Positions 51,506-63,891 are shown, numbered from the whole stretch's first letter. The stretch: DNA of 63,891 bases, filler included, from Nemertoderma westbladi (GCA_032718475.1; 4 parts of 4 records of this genome joined end to end with filler, not necessarily neighbours in it); one strand, 5' to 3'. Numbers and translations are program-made. Notes: generated by a model not told the origin, from the sequence alone.

Positions 51506-52418
51506 ATACTGATGTGATTGTGCAATGATTTCCTCAGGAATCATTGCACAACTTATTTTGATAGTAACAATGTGTTGGCAAGCTGTATTTTTCGAGGTGT
51601 TATTATTATACGTTTATTATATAGGAAGGGATCTAGGGGTCTTAACCTCGAATGATAAGTTTATTATCGTACGTGTCCCGCACTTTACAGTGAAATGTCC
51701 CACACTTTACATGACTTTGCTGCACTTAAACTACTCCCCTGTTTCATTGATGTTACCTACCAGCTTACTAAAGGCTAACTTATTTTCCCTACATATCTAG
51801 GAACATTACGGATCAAAAGTTTTCCCACTAACTTTACCCAATTCGCTGAACTTTAGCAATGAATTTGACAGTTGAGAATTTCACTTTCGTACGCGTCCCG
51901 CACTTTACAATTTTTTGAAGCAATAATTCTGAGACATAAACTGCTGCCGGTTTTCCAAACTGCTTTTTTTTACTGAACCGATAATTGGTTTTTCTAAGAA
52001 ACACAAGCATTATACTATTTTAGTTCATTTTCATGATGTACAGTGCTAAAGTATGCACAAAAAGTCGTACGAATGTCCCGCACTTTACATGGAATGAGCC
52101 AGCAACAGACCAAATAAGACAATTTAATAAGAATTTAATTTACAGGTAACTATAATGCAGTTTTCCTCAGTTTATACCTTTCCAGAGTTTTGGGAGATTA
52201 AATGTGAAACACGTCGTATAGCTATAACCTTCGACTCGGAAACTTCGGAGACTTCGTCTTTGGGAAATAATTGTTTAATACAAATATGAATTTTGAAGTA
52301 TCTCTGGCGTTTATCGATCGAGAACTACAGTTAAATAATCCGTACCGTTACCTCCAATTTATCTATTTAAGAAATTTGATTATAGGCGTTTAAACTATGA
52401 ATCCTTATTCGATCTCTG

Positions 52419-54476
52419 TTATATTAATTTGTCCAATGGGATTGCAGCATCCTGTCCTTTCAAAATTGCATGCCGGAAGGCAGCGGATTGGCCAAGTTTA
52501 TAACAACTGCATCGAGCAGTGCTACACTTCAGTTTACAACTACAATAAACAAGCTCCACACAAGCTTTCGGGACTAGCTGCAGTCGAGTCCAAGTAATCT
52601 TCATTACTCCAGATGCCATCTTCCAACCACCACATAATAAATGGTCTTCCGAAGCCGAGTTGGTCTTCAGCCAAATCTTTGTTTGATGATTGGCCCTTAT
52701 ATAATGCAGTTCAAGTGCGTCTTTAGTGGGTGGTAACATTTCCAAACCTTTACCCTTTGTAAATAAGCGGAGTCTTATAGAATCGATATCGGTTCTAGGT
52801 TCACATAGTACTCCTTCTCCACCATACATCAGACATGTGAACTTCTCTACCTCAATGAACGGACGATATCGACCAATTCCAGCGAGCATAGTTGGATATT
52901 TGCAAAACAAATTAAACCATGACTTCTTGCTGATGCGTTTAAATGACGAGATTGTATCACAGCCTGTGAAAGCGTGGAACCCTAGGATATTGAATAAAAT
53001 ATTGCTATCCAATTTTCTTGCAATCCTATGTATTGGAATATATTTCCACTGTTTTGACACAGTTTAAATCATCCATAACTCTAAGCTAATGCTGGAAAAA
53101 TGGTGAAGTAGCAGAACTAACACATCGGTGTCACGACAATATACAACAATTCGTTTATATATTCCCTGTTTAACAGCGTCTCTAATGTGAGCAATGAGAC
53201 AGGTATCTGCCTCTTCATCATCTATACCTAAGGTTTCAACACTGCGAGTGCTTGATTTTGCATACACAGGTGCTGGGAATCCACCACCTGCAACTACTTC
53301 ATAATTTACAGGTAGATTAGCAGCTTCAGTCAAAACTTGTTCAGAAATGAAATGAGCTAAGTCAGCTTTGTTATCCTCTAGTGCAATATACTGGTCCCAA
53401 ACTTGTGGCAAAGGCACCTTGGCATTACTGATAAGTTTTCGTATAGGCCTTCGCTTTATATTACGTTTAATTCTTGTAGATAACTTCATTGATTGTTCAT
53501 TGTACCGATCAAATACAAGATCTACACGAGTAGTATTATTGTAACCACTAAAATGTTTAAAGACGGCTCTTGCGAAAAACATGGCCATAATCCTCAAACA
53601 AATGACAATTTGCTGGTTTCCGCAAAGAATGAATCATTCCATGGCCATCAATTAGAGTACATACATGTTTATCATCATTTGGAGGTTCAATATCTGTTCT
53701 AATTCCAATCTCAGATGTTAGTGAAGGGAGAAGTTGTGATTTTGGTGTTGATCTCATGTCTTCATTTAATTTACATATGGAAAGGGGGAATTGGGATAAC
53801 TCGTGTCTCAAAATTTCAGTTAAATTCACATTTCTTCCATAATTTGCAGCATTCAGAAGACGTTGTAGCAAATTTCGATCTGCTTTAATAGCTAACTTTT
53901 CATTCACAATGTTTGGAATAAATATGTGATACATCGATGCAAACGTCTTAATCTTTAGCTTTTTTAAGGGTTCGTAAAATCCCACTGATTTGTTTTGTAA
54001 TCTCCTACAGAAAAATTCAGTAACAACATCAGCACCTTTTTGATTTGCAAACTAAGCAAACTATCTACTAAAGAAAGCAATATCTTTTGTAGTAAGAGCC
54101 ACTAAATCTGTTGATTTGTGGTTGTTAACTTGTGGTTGATAAATTGTTGCATTATTGACTCAACTTTTTCCTCATCAAACTTTATTCGCGAGGGCATGGC
54201 ATCATTGCGCTTATAACCTCTACCTTCGTCATCATCTACTTGATTATAGGGTGATTTGATGTCATGTGATATGTTCGATCGTGTAGCCCATGTTACACAA
54301 AATCTGTCTCTGGCATTGTCACACCTTGTTATGCCAATAATACCACCAGAGGACTTGCATATCTTGTTTACCCATTCAGTAGCTTGATCTACTGGAACTT
54401 GATTAATGCCACACCTTGTTATGCCAATAATACCACCAGAGGACTTGCATATCTTGTTTACCCATTCAGTAGCTTG
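52419..54476 (-). pseudogene. Frameshifted Academ-type transposase (XPG/FEN-like domain plus C-terminal Cys-rich finger), truncated by the gap
   Basis: Consecutive ORFs with LIDG..IH, DLVFDRY, EEADT, DTDVLVLL, HAFTGCDTISSF, LPPTKDALELH..RAN.Q..W and CSCK.KCST.RCSC motifs; upstream SSGGIIGIT motif. Confidence 0.8.
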
Positions 54477-54576
54477 NNNNNNNNNNNNNNNNNNNNNNNN
54501 NNNNNNNNNNNNNNNNNNNNTTAATTAATTAANNNNNNNNNNNNNNNNNNNNNNNNNNNNNNNNNNNNNNNNNNNN
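54477..54576. other. Artificial contig spacer
   Basis: N44-TTAATTAATTAA-N44. Confidence 0.99.
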
Positions 54577-56719
54577 CATTCTGCACCAAGGTAAGTATCA
54601 GATAGGGGGAGGGCGGGGGTACGGGGAGGGGGGGGGGATTCTTATTGCAAACAAAATCCAGCCTTCTATTGGACTAATTACTGTAGTAGGGAAGATTATT
54701 AAAATTATAATACAAGCATGTAATTTGATACGAATGTTCCTTTGGGGTCACCTTCTTACAGGTAAAATTGAATCAATAAAAGCTGATAACTTCCAAAAAC
54801 TAAACTGAAACTTTGTTATTCACTCTCGTTTATTGTATAAATCAAAGCTAATAATTGGGTTTGAACCGATCGGATTAACCGGTCGAACTAATGTGCTTTA
54901 GATTATATTAGAATGTCATTTAGCAGGAGTATAACTGTAATTTTATTTATATTATATTTTGAAATATATTAATAAAGAAAAATATGGGTTTGGTGAATAA
55001 CTTTCTTATCCACTAAATGCCTCTGAATTGGTTGATGTATTGCCGATTGTATTAAATACTTAATTAATCTGCGAACGAAATTATCAAATTGTCTAAATTG
55101 CAGTAAAAATTGACGATATAGCTGACCGACATAATTGTTGTTATTTGTACATCAGACAGTATTTCAGGTAATTAGCACGTCCTATATGCCTGGGAGGTCA
55201 GCCCCGTCTTCCAACACGAGACACTCGTGATCCTCGGAGCCTCTGAATTGGATTTTATTGGACGAAATCAATTAATTAATTATCCAACGAATAGTTAATT
55301 TTAGAATCTATTTAATAATGTATTGTGTATATTTAATCATATATTTCACTGCTGTGTAAGTATGTTTCGTGATGTGTAAAATAAAAGATGAGCCATGCAT
55401 GATTAGATAGATGTCTTATGATTTCAGATAGCACATGATTACCCTTCCGATATTCTCGCAATGTTTCTCATCTCTGGAGGAGGTCCCGTACCACTCCGTC
55501 CATCTCGTTGTGAATTCTTCTCTCTACCAATCTGTCTGATCGCCTGTCTCAAACCCTTAGCTATGGATTGGTTCGCCAGGAAAGCGTTCTTTGCCGACGG
55601 CGACGATTCAAAGAAAAAGGAGGAGAAAGGAAGAGCTTTAAAGGTAATAATAGTTTTAGAGGTGATTCATTTATTATAGGAACTGTTCTAGGCACCTCGA
55701 ATGATATCCTTAATATCTCATATTTCTCTAAACCACGTAGGCCTACGCGTTTCGACCTTACTGAGTCTCATTAGCATGGTCTCGGATTCGTTGTTGTTTC
55801 CGTGTTGTAGCACTAATGTTTAATTATTGGGATTTGAACCTGCAATGCAAATCGCTATGGTAAAAGTAGTTAAGGGCTATAAAACTCCAGTAGATTTTCG
55901 ACCGAAAAGTGAAAACCTGGTATTCTTCAAATGGGCGATTTTTCACAGATATAAATATAAATCAACATTAATTAAAATTTAAGCAACTTTACTGCAATGA
56001 CCGCATATAAATACTATATATATACTATAAAATAAATAGCCAACCCTTTCTGCCTCCAAGGTTACTCCTGCTCTACTGTATTACATTATCCTAAGCTGAT
56101 CATGTGGATCGGCATAGGTTAATGGGCGATGTGCGTGGATCATAATCCACCAAAAATTGAGATTACTTCGGTAATTTTATTGATTAACCACCGCTGTTAC
56201 ATTTAATCGTAAGAAAATTTAATAATCCCGGTGAAAATAGTTGACCTTTTCCTTATTCAAGCCGTTGAGATTAATCTATGGTTTACAGAGTTTTTGGTGA
56301 TCGATTCGTACATAAATATAATTATTTTATTGTGGCGAATACAAAGGCCACACTTGCATTTACTTACAATATTGTTTGTAATGGTATGAAGTACTGCAGT
56401 GGAAGACCACAGTAGGACTTAACGGAGTTAGACATTGCTTTATTGTCAGAAACATTGGATGATCTAGAATACCGGCAGCATACAATGTTCGTAAAAGGTT
56501 TGTAAAAGGTGTAAAGACCACAATTCTTACTGTAAACTTGTTTCCCCTGCAGTCCACCTTATATGAAGGTAATTATATTCCAGGCAGCAGTAGAGCTTGA
56601 GATACTCTAGAAAAGTATAGTAACAGCTACTATATAGTTAATTATTTGTATATTTACTTCAACATGTACACAAAAGTACAATTGTTGATTGTAACATAGT
56701 CAAAACTTATTGCACCAGA

Positions 56720-57048
56720 CTCTCATTGGTTCAAATCTCATTGGTTCCCCCAAGCTTGACACTAGAACAAAATCGCCTCCGCTTTGCAGGACATTGCTTT
56801 CGCCGTGAGGACCAGCCAGTGCATAATCTTGTACTTTGGCAGCCTCATGGAGTGAATAAGCATGGTGGACAGCCCATGACTTTCTTGAGACGCATCTTAA
56901 AGGACACTGGCCTTAAAGATGCGGATGATCTAGCAAATGTCATGGGTGATAGGGAGTTGTGGCGGTGCAATTTTGTTGACAAGCCGGCACAGCATTCTTA
57001 AAAATGCAGCTGCAATGCAGCATGCCGATCCTAGTAGTAGTAGTAGTA
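56720..57048 (+). mobile_element. Short 5'-truncated RTE LINE
   Basis: RLRFAGHCFRREDQPVHNLVLWQP; (TAG)6 tail; TSD GCACCAGA at 56712-56719 and 57049-57056. Confidence 0.88.
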
Positions 57049-57060
57049 GCACCAGATGAG

Positions 57061-58500
57061 TATAATAATAATAACCCTTCACCAGAAGGAACTAGTGTAT
57101 CTCAGAAGGCATATTGTATTTAGTGTAGTTATACTTAAATTGAATTGTAACTACGTCTAGAGTGTATGTTAATTTTGGCCTAAAATTATGGAGCGAAGTG
57201 AAAACGCGTTGTACAAAAACAGGGAGAGATTTTTAACTATTGTTGGATCGGTGTACTGTAGAATCCTACGGTATTTGTACATAGATGGGAACCTACTGTA
57301 TTGGGGTGGCAGGTATTGTTCGCGTAAGCTACTGTATATTGGGCATTCGAGAAGGAAGTGGTATTCTGATTCAATACGCCCCAAGTTGCATACTGGACAT
57401 AGCCTGTTCAACCGTGGGATATTGTACCAACGTCCTTCTTCGATTTTTAATCTATGTGAAGTGCATCGGAAACTAGCTATTGTACGTTTCAGAGTGGGGT
57501 AATTTTTAAGAACTATAAGGTACGGTTCGGTTCGAAATGTATCTTTGACATAAAAGTCGCCTTTTGGGGAATTCTCTAGGGTTGACCACCAATTTTGGAT
57601 AAACTGACTCTGTAGCGTATCCCTCACCTTTGCTAGGAACTCCCTCCCGTTTGGTACTGATTGCGCTTCCCAAGCCCAAGAAAATCCCAAATTATTAAGT
57701 GTATCCCGAACCCCTGACCTGACGTCCAATTTGGAACCCTTTGAGAATTAAGCCCTTCCACTGATATGAGATATACCCGTTTTACTAATCTATATGATGG
57801 CAATGACAATAATCGTAACCAGAATTTTATAATCCCAATGGTTCGGTCAATTGTCAACGGGAAGACACCGGTTTCTCCATAGACTATAAAGTCTGGCGTT
57901 GAAGTTTTCACACCCAAAACATTTTTCAGAAATTTCAGCTGTAGTTTTTCTGTGTCCCTCCCTTTTGTGAATCCCCATACCTCAGATCCATACAGCAAAA
58001 TAGGCTTAATCAAACTGTTAAAGAGATGTCGTTTTAGGTCAAAACCGATGTTTGGGAATGAGTTCATATAGCGGCAGAGCGTGTAGTAAGATTTGTTTGC
58101 CTTCTCAGTCAATATTTCTTGAGCCTTAATAAATTTTCCTGTTGAAGTAAAGGTAATTCCAAGGTACGTGTAATGAGGTACAACTTTCATACCTACTCCT
58201 TTATATGTCCAAGTTTCATGTGCCGCTTGGGTGCCCCCTTGTCTAAATATAACAATATTTGATTTAGTCAAATTTACTGTCAGCCCCCAAAAAGTACAGT
58301 AGCAACCTAGAGTATCAAGTGAAGCTTGCAACCCCGCCACAGTATTAGCCAGTAGAACAATGTCATCTGCAAAAAGTAGCAGATAGAGTTTAAATAAGCC
58401 AACGTCTACACCAGTGGCATTTCCTTTGCTCAGCTCAGCTTCTAAATCGTTAATGAACAAAACGAATAGAAAAGGGCTAAGGCATTCGCCCTGCCTGACT
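57061..58500 (-). mobile_element. 5'-truncated RTEX-like LINE (RT C-half plus C-terminal zinc-binding motif), one frameshift
   Basis: VRQGECLSPFLF, LLFADD, YLGI, LLYGSEVWG and RLCPVC..ESEYHFLLECPIY motifs; (TTA)n tail at ~57061-57074. Confidence 0.85.
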
Positions 58501-58543
58501 ATATAGCAGCAATAGTAACCTGTCGGGTTCTTACTGCAGAAAA

Positions 58544-60727
58544 CGGATCCCTTCATAGAACCCTTTGATCCCTTCACAGATTACTTCATGGATCTCTTTG
58601 GGGATAACTTCATGGATCTATTTGCGGATAACTTCACGGGTCCCTTCCTGGATCCCTTCACGGATCCCTTCACGTATAATTTCATGGATACCTTCACGGA
58701 TCCCTTCACGGATAACTTCACGGATCCCTTCATGGATCCCATCACTGATAACTTCATGGATCCCTTCATGGATCCCGTCACGGATAAATTCCTGGATACC
58801 TTCAAGGATAACCTTATGGATCCCTTCAGGGATCCCTTCACGGATAACTTCACGGATCTTTTCATCGATCCTTCATGGATCCCTTCATGGATCCCTTCAC
58901 GGATAACTTCATGGATCCCTTCACGGATCCCTTCATGGATAACTTCATGGATCCCTTCACGGATCCCTTCACGGATAACTTCATGGATCCCTTCATGGAT
59001 CCCATCTCTGATAACTTCACTGATCCATTCACGGATAAATTAATGGTTCCCTTCACGGATAACTTAATGGATCCCATCACGGATAACTTAATTGATCCCT
59101 TCACGGATCCCTACATGGATCCCTTCACGGATAACTTCACGGAGCCCTTCACGGATAACTTCATGGATTCCTTCATGGATCCCATATCTGATAACTTCAT
59201 TGATCCCTTCATGGATCCCTTCACGGATACCTTCATTGATCCCTCCATGGATCCCTTCACGGATAACTTAATTGATCCCTTCATGGATCGCTTCAGGGAT
59301 AAATTCATAGATTCCTTTAGGGATAACTTCATGGATCCCTTCACGGATAAATGAATGGATACCTTCACGGATAAATGAATGGATCCCTTCACGGATAACC
59401 TAATGGATCCCTTCACGGATAACTTAAGGGATCCCATCACGGATAAATTCATGGTTCCCTTCACGGATCCCTTCATGGATCCCTTCACGTATAAATTGAT
59501 GGTTCCCTTTGAGGATAACGTCATGGATCCCATCACGGATAACTTCATTGATCCATCCATGGATCCCTTCCTGGGTCCCGTCACGGATGAATTCAAGGAT
59601 ACCTTTCAGGATTAACCTCATGGATCCCTTCATGGATCCCTTCAAGGATAACTTCATGGATCCCTTCATAGATAACTTCATGGATCCCTTCACGGATCCC
59701 TTCACGGATCCCTTCACGGATAACTTCATGGATCCCTTCATGGATCCCATCTCTGATAACTTCATTGATCCCTTCACGGATAAATTCATGGTTCCTTTCA
59801 CGGATAACTTCATGGATCCCATCATGGATAACTTAATTGATCCCTTCACGGATCCCTACATAGATCCCTTCACGGTTAACGTCATGGATCTCTTCATGGA
59901 TCCCATATCTGATAACGTCATTGATCCCTTCATGGATCCCTTCACGGATAACTTAATTGATCCCTTCACGGATCCCTTCATGGATCCCGTCACGGACAAA
60001 TTCAAGGATACCTTCAAGGATAACCTTATGGATCCCTTCAGGGATCCCTTCACGGATAACTACACGGATCTTTTCATCGACCCTTCACGGATCCTTTCAT
60101 GGATCCCTTCACGGATAACTTCATGGATCCCTGCACGGATAACTTAGTGGATCCCTTCACGGATCCCTTCATGGATCCCGTCACGGATAAATTCCTGGAT
60201 ACCTTCAAGGATAACCTTATGGATCCCTTCAGGGATCCCTTCACGGATAACTTCACGGATTTTTTCATCGACCCTTCATGGATCCCTTCACGGATAACTT
60301 CAGGGATCCCTTCACGGATCCCTTCATGGATTCCGTCACGGACAAATTCAAGGATACCTTCAAGGATAACCTTATGGATCCCTTCAGGGATCCCTTCACG
60401 GATAACTTCACGGATTTTTTCATCGACCCTTCATGGATCCCTTCACGGATAACTTCATGGATCCCTTCACGGATCCATTCATGGATCCCGTCACGGACAA
60501 ATTCAAGGATACCTTCAAGGATAACCTTATGGATCCCTTCAGGGATCCCTTCACGGATAACTTCACGGATTTTTTCATCGACCCTTCATGGATCCCTTCA
60601 TGGATCCCTTCACGGATAACTTCATGGATCCCTTCACGGATAAATTCATGGATACCTTCAAGGATAATTTAATGGATCCCTTCATGGATCCCTTCAAGGA
60701 TAACTTCATGGATCCCTTCACGGATCC
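58544..60727. repeat. 2.2-kb minisatellite of 12-bp units with higher-order blocks
   Basis: Alternating GGATCCCTTCA(C/T) and GGATAACTTCA(C/T); larger blocks repeat in 59950-60600. Confidence 0.95.
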
Positions 60728-63012
60728 AAACGGCAATCTAGAAGGGAGTAGAACGACGATATAACCGACGCGTAGCTGGGGTTCCGCAGGCGATGATGAG
60801 AGTCGCACTGCTACATAACAAACAGCCCGAACAAACGCGATAGATACTGATTGCTGCGCAAGTACTGTAGTAGAACCTGGATGACAGAGGATGTTCTCGA
60901 ATGTTCAACGTGATTTCTAGAGGAGGAAAGGCAATCGAAAAATAACATTATTACAGTTACAGTACTTAAAGTATTTCTATTTAGTATAAAGGGAAATAAA
61001 ATAGGTCTTAACTTCTCTCTAATCCCGAGATGTGCAATTTTCCCATCAGATGTTATCGAGCGAAGTCAATTATACAGTACATGATGCTTAAAATGTGTTA
61101 ATTATTAAAATTTTAATAATTTGAGGTCTGACTGGCAGAAAGAAAACGTAACGTTTCAGAAACTTCGCCGGCCTATAACGCCCTGCTTCAGATGTTTGTA
61201 CGAAAACATTTAGTCGTCGATAATAATCGTTGTAATTATACTGTACTTCCATTATATTGTATATCCGTTACATCAAATCAATTAATAATGACATGAAATG
61301 TATTTTCTCTATGTACTGTACGAAGGATATAGGTTTATCCGATACATACCTACACAGTAGGCGAGTTGCCAGATGATTTTTGTGCTATCTGTACTGAGCT
61401 ATAAGTTAACCCGAATGAAGCTTGGTTTGGTTAATAACGAATACATACTGTAAGTGAAGACTGTAAAAGCTTTTGCGTCATTAACCGGTTATTTTCCCTT
61501 AAAGTACTCTGTAGTTGGTTTGCCAGGCATAAAAAGGCCGTGTCCTTGCTGTACTGGTGTTTTAGAGGACATAAAAGTCATTTCTTCTGTATTTGTACTG
61601 TATTTGTACTTTAGAGGACATAATCCGCAATCTCGTGACGCGATAAGCTAGATACTCTTGAAAACAGTGTCGCTACCATGACGACGGCTAACAGCTGATA
61701 TTGCCACGTCAACATTTCTTTGTTTCTTTGTTCTCTCGTGGTTCGGTTGACCAATCAGAGCGTTTTTTGTCTCTGTGTTGGAGGTGTATACAGAACTCAG
61801 TAGTTCAGTGTGTTATGTTTTTGCCCAGAGCCTAAGAACATCGGCTTTTGGCACCTCCGTATATCAGCATTCTTTAGCTTTACATTAGTAGGCTTAATTA
61901 TAGAACGTATATCTGTTATCGAGTTATTTATCCATAACTAACCATACCAATGCAAATCGAGTTAACATACCATATCTATCCATAAATTACTAATATTACT
62001 GCTTTTACTGTCGGTTATTCATTATATTGGTTGATGAAATATTATATCGGAATACTGATCAATAGTCAGATACCCCACCTTCTTGATATACTAAAGGTTA
62101 GAGAGACCGGTTACAGATAAACGATTGCGACCTATGTTAAGTGGTTTGAAGTGAATCTAATGCTATTTCATATGCCCAACATAAATTGTCTGTTGCTCTC
62201 TTTATACGTGACCAAATTTAGTGAAGGTCGGCAGATTAGTGTGCAGTATTGTGCAGCATTGTGTATGATTGTAACTGATAACAAAGCATCTCCTAAAGAA
62301 TGCGCCATATACGTAAATCTATAGCCTTTTCGTTGTGTCTAGTTTAAGTCATAACTCTGTTTACATATTTAGAGCGCCACGTCCTAAAGGAACTGTTAAT
62401 ATTTCCCGAAAGTGAATAATATTTGTCAGAGATTATATATTACGATCAGTCGAATAATACGGTAGGCTTACACCATCAATCATTAAGCTCCGAACTCAGT
62501 CTCCCGGGTATATCCAACGGGTGAATGATTGCGCATAGACTGGCTTCGGCTAATGTAGTGTATCAAATACTCGTCATAAGCTAAAGAATATATATCATCC
62601 AAAAGACATCCTAATTTGGCAGGTTAAACTGTCAAAGGTCTTCAAAAGCGCAAACAATAACAGATATAGCTTCTGGATTGCGGTGTAAGCAATCCAGTCT
62701 AAAGTACCGGTCGACCGGAAACCTGTAGGCCTGACTGCCTGATCATCCGGACCGGTACCTACAACAGTACAGGTACAGCAGTATTATTCGATTTGATTAT
62801 TATATGCCGGTAGCTCTTAATAATTAATCGGGGACGCCTGGTTTTTATTGGGATTTTACTTAGGCCCATTTCTGTCAGTTTTATTTATTTGTAGGCCAGT
62901 ATTGAGCAGAAGGTGTGTAAGCCTGCTCAGATTGTACAGATAATTTGTAGGCTTGACTGTTGGCTAACTGTTGATTAGGTCTGAACGGATTGCAGTGCAT
63001 GTAGAGTGTATG

Positions 63013-63124
63013 TCCGATAAAGAACGGTTAGGAAGTAGGGGCAGCCATAGCTGTAAGGTAAACCCCCATCTAAAGAATAAGTCGTACTACTGGGTTAGAA
63101 CGCATACTACTTAACCATTTCGGA
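63013..63124 (+). ncRNA. Structured RNA motif, copy B1
   Basis: GGUUAGG/CUUAACC and CGU-A-CUA/UAG-A-ACG are compensatory relative to A1. Confidence 0.6.
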
Positions 63125-63299
63125 GTCTGCATGTCCTGTGGTTTATTTAGGCTTGATAGTAGTCTGCCATCGTTTAGTCTGTACTTTGTTTGTGTAGTCT
63201 GTACGGGTAGCGTATAATTTTATTTAGATAATTTGTAGGCTGGATAGTTGTCTGGAGGCTGTTGGGTTTGAGGAAATTTCGGTGTGTGTAAAGCATCTG

Positions 63300-63411
63300 T
63301 CCGATAAAGCACGGTTAGGAAGTAGGGGCAGCCATAGCTGTAAGGTAAACCCCCATCTAAAGAATAAGTCGTACTACTGGGTTAGAACGCATACTACTTA
63401 ACCATTTCGGA
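63300..63411 (+). ncRNA. Structured RNA motif, copy B2 (287-bp period from B1)
   Basis: Nearly identical to B1; same helices. Confidence 0.6.
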
Positions 63412-63891
63412 GTCTGCATATACCGTAGTTTGTTTAGGCTTGATAGTAGTCTGTCAGTATTTGGTCTGCATTTTGTTTGAGTGGTTTGTACGCGTAGCGT
63501 AATATTTATTATTCAGAGTTTATGCTATTATTCGCAACATTCATATCCCCAAGTTTATTCCTACAGTAATTGTGTTTGTTATACATACCGTTATAGTTAA
63601 ACTAACCCCGGTACTACATCAGGGCTGCTCGGCGTAGGTAAAGACTGGAGATTTTGTGCTTTGGTCACTCCGGCAGATACCGTGGTTCTTTTAGCTGTTC
63701 AAGTATTTTTAACTACTGATTATTTGTTATATAAGTACTTGTACCTAATTTAGGGTTTAGTGTACAGTACTTTCCGAAGGTGATTAGTGTGTAGGCAGTG
63801 TATTTGTGTTGTAAAGTGGTTAATAGGCACGTTGGTTCTGGTAGACCGCGGTAATTAACTTCTAGGTAGGGACACTCCGTGATACATAACA

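Larger units (their letters stand above)
47906..52100. mobile_element. Non-autonomous TIR DNA transposon with 4-bp TSD (possibly Sola2-like)
   Basis: TIR GGCTCATTCCATG / CATGGAATGAGCC with AGCA on both flanks; TCCCGCACTTTAC motif repeated near both ends, including a 28-bp palindrome at ~48426-48453. Confidence 0.7.
61462..63891 (+). mobile_element. Copy B of the large repeated element (5' end and leader; runs off the window)
   Basis: Inverted homology to 11035-13466; begins TGTAA, with a candidate LTR end TTACA at 62111-62115. Confidence 0.7.

Noticed and set aside
54320-54476. ~90-bp tandem duplication inside the Academ ORF
   Set aside because: It sits at the contig end and is plausibly an assembly artefact.
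57633-58577. Fusion of the satellite-encoded MKGS repeat to reverse transcriptase
   Set aside because: The LINE is 5'-truncated at ~58500; the upstream in-frame ATG comes by chance from the neighbouring satellite.
11035-63891. Giant 50-kb element bounded by 2.4-kb terminal inverted repeats
   Set aside because: The two copies lie on different contigs separated by artificial gaps, are clearly diverged, and have their shared boundary facing inward. They are independent insertions of one family.

Overview
This is eukaryotic, invertebrate-metazoan-like genomic DNA with no prokaryotic genes. It comprises four contigs joined by artificial 100-nt spacers (N44-TTAATTAATTAA-N44), so adjacency across the spacers is not evidence. 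Host genes are sparse: the last coding exon of DNAJC2 (MPP11/zuotin; two SANT domains) and a two-exon, apparently secreted beta/gamma-crystallin-domain gene. A truncated C2H2 zinc-finger ORF at the left edge, absent from the ORF track, resembles the N-terminus of Maverick/Polinton-type proteins. The remainder is nested mobile DNA and tandem repeats. Retroelements include RTE, RTEX and CR1 LINE fragments and a gag-only BEL/Pao LTR element with a duplicated flank. DNA transposons include Mutator, Harbinger, piggyBac, Sola-like, P-like, Academ and Helentron-type elements. Tandem arrays have 43, 37, 30, 12 and ~93 bp units. The most notable signal is a repeated element present in two diverged copies (8516-13466 minus, 61462-63891 plus). 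Its multi-kb non-coding leader contains several helices supported by compensatory base changes, including a ~111-nt motif present four times, which points to a large conserved RNA structure I cannot assign to a known class. All alignments, translations and foldings were done by eye.
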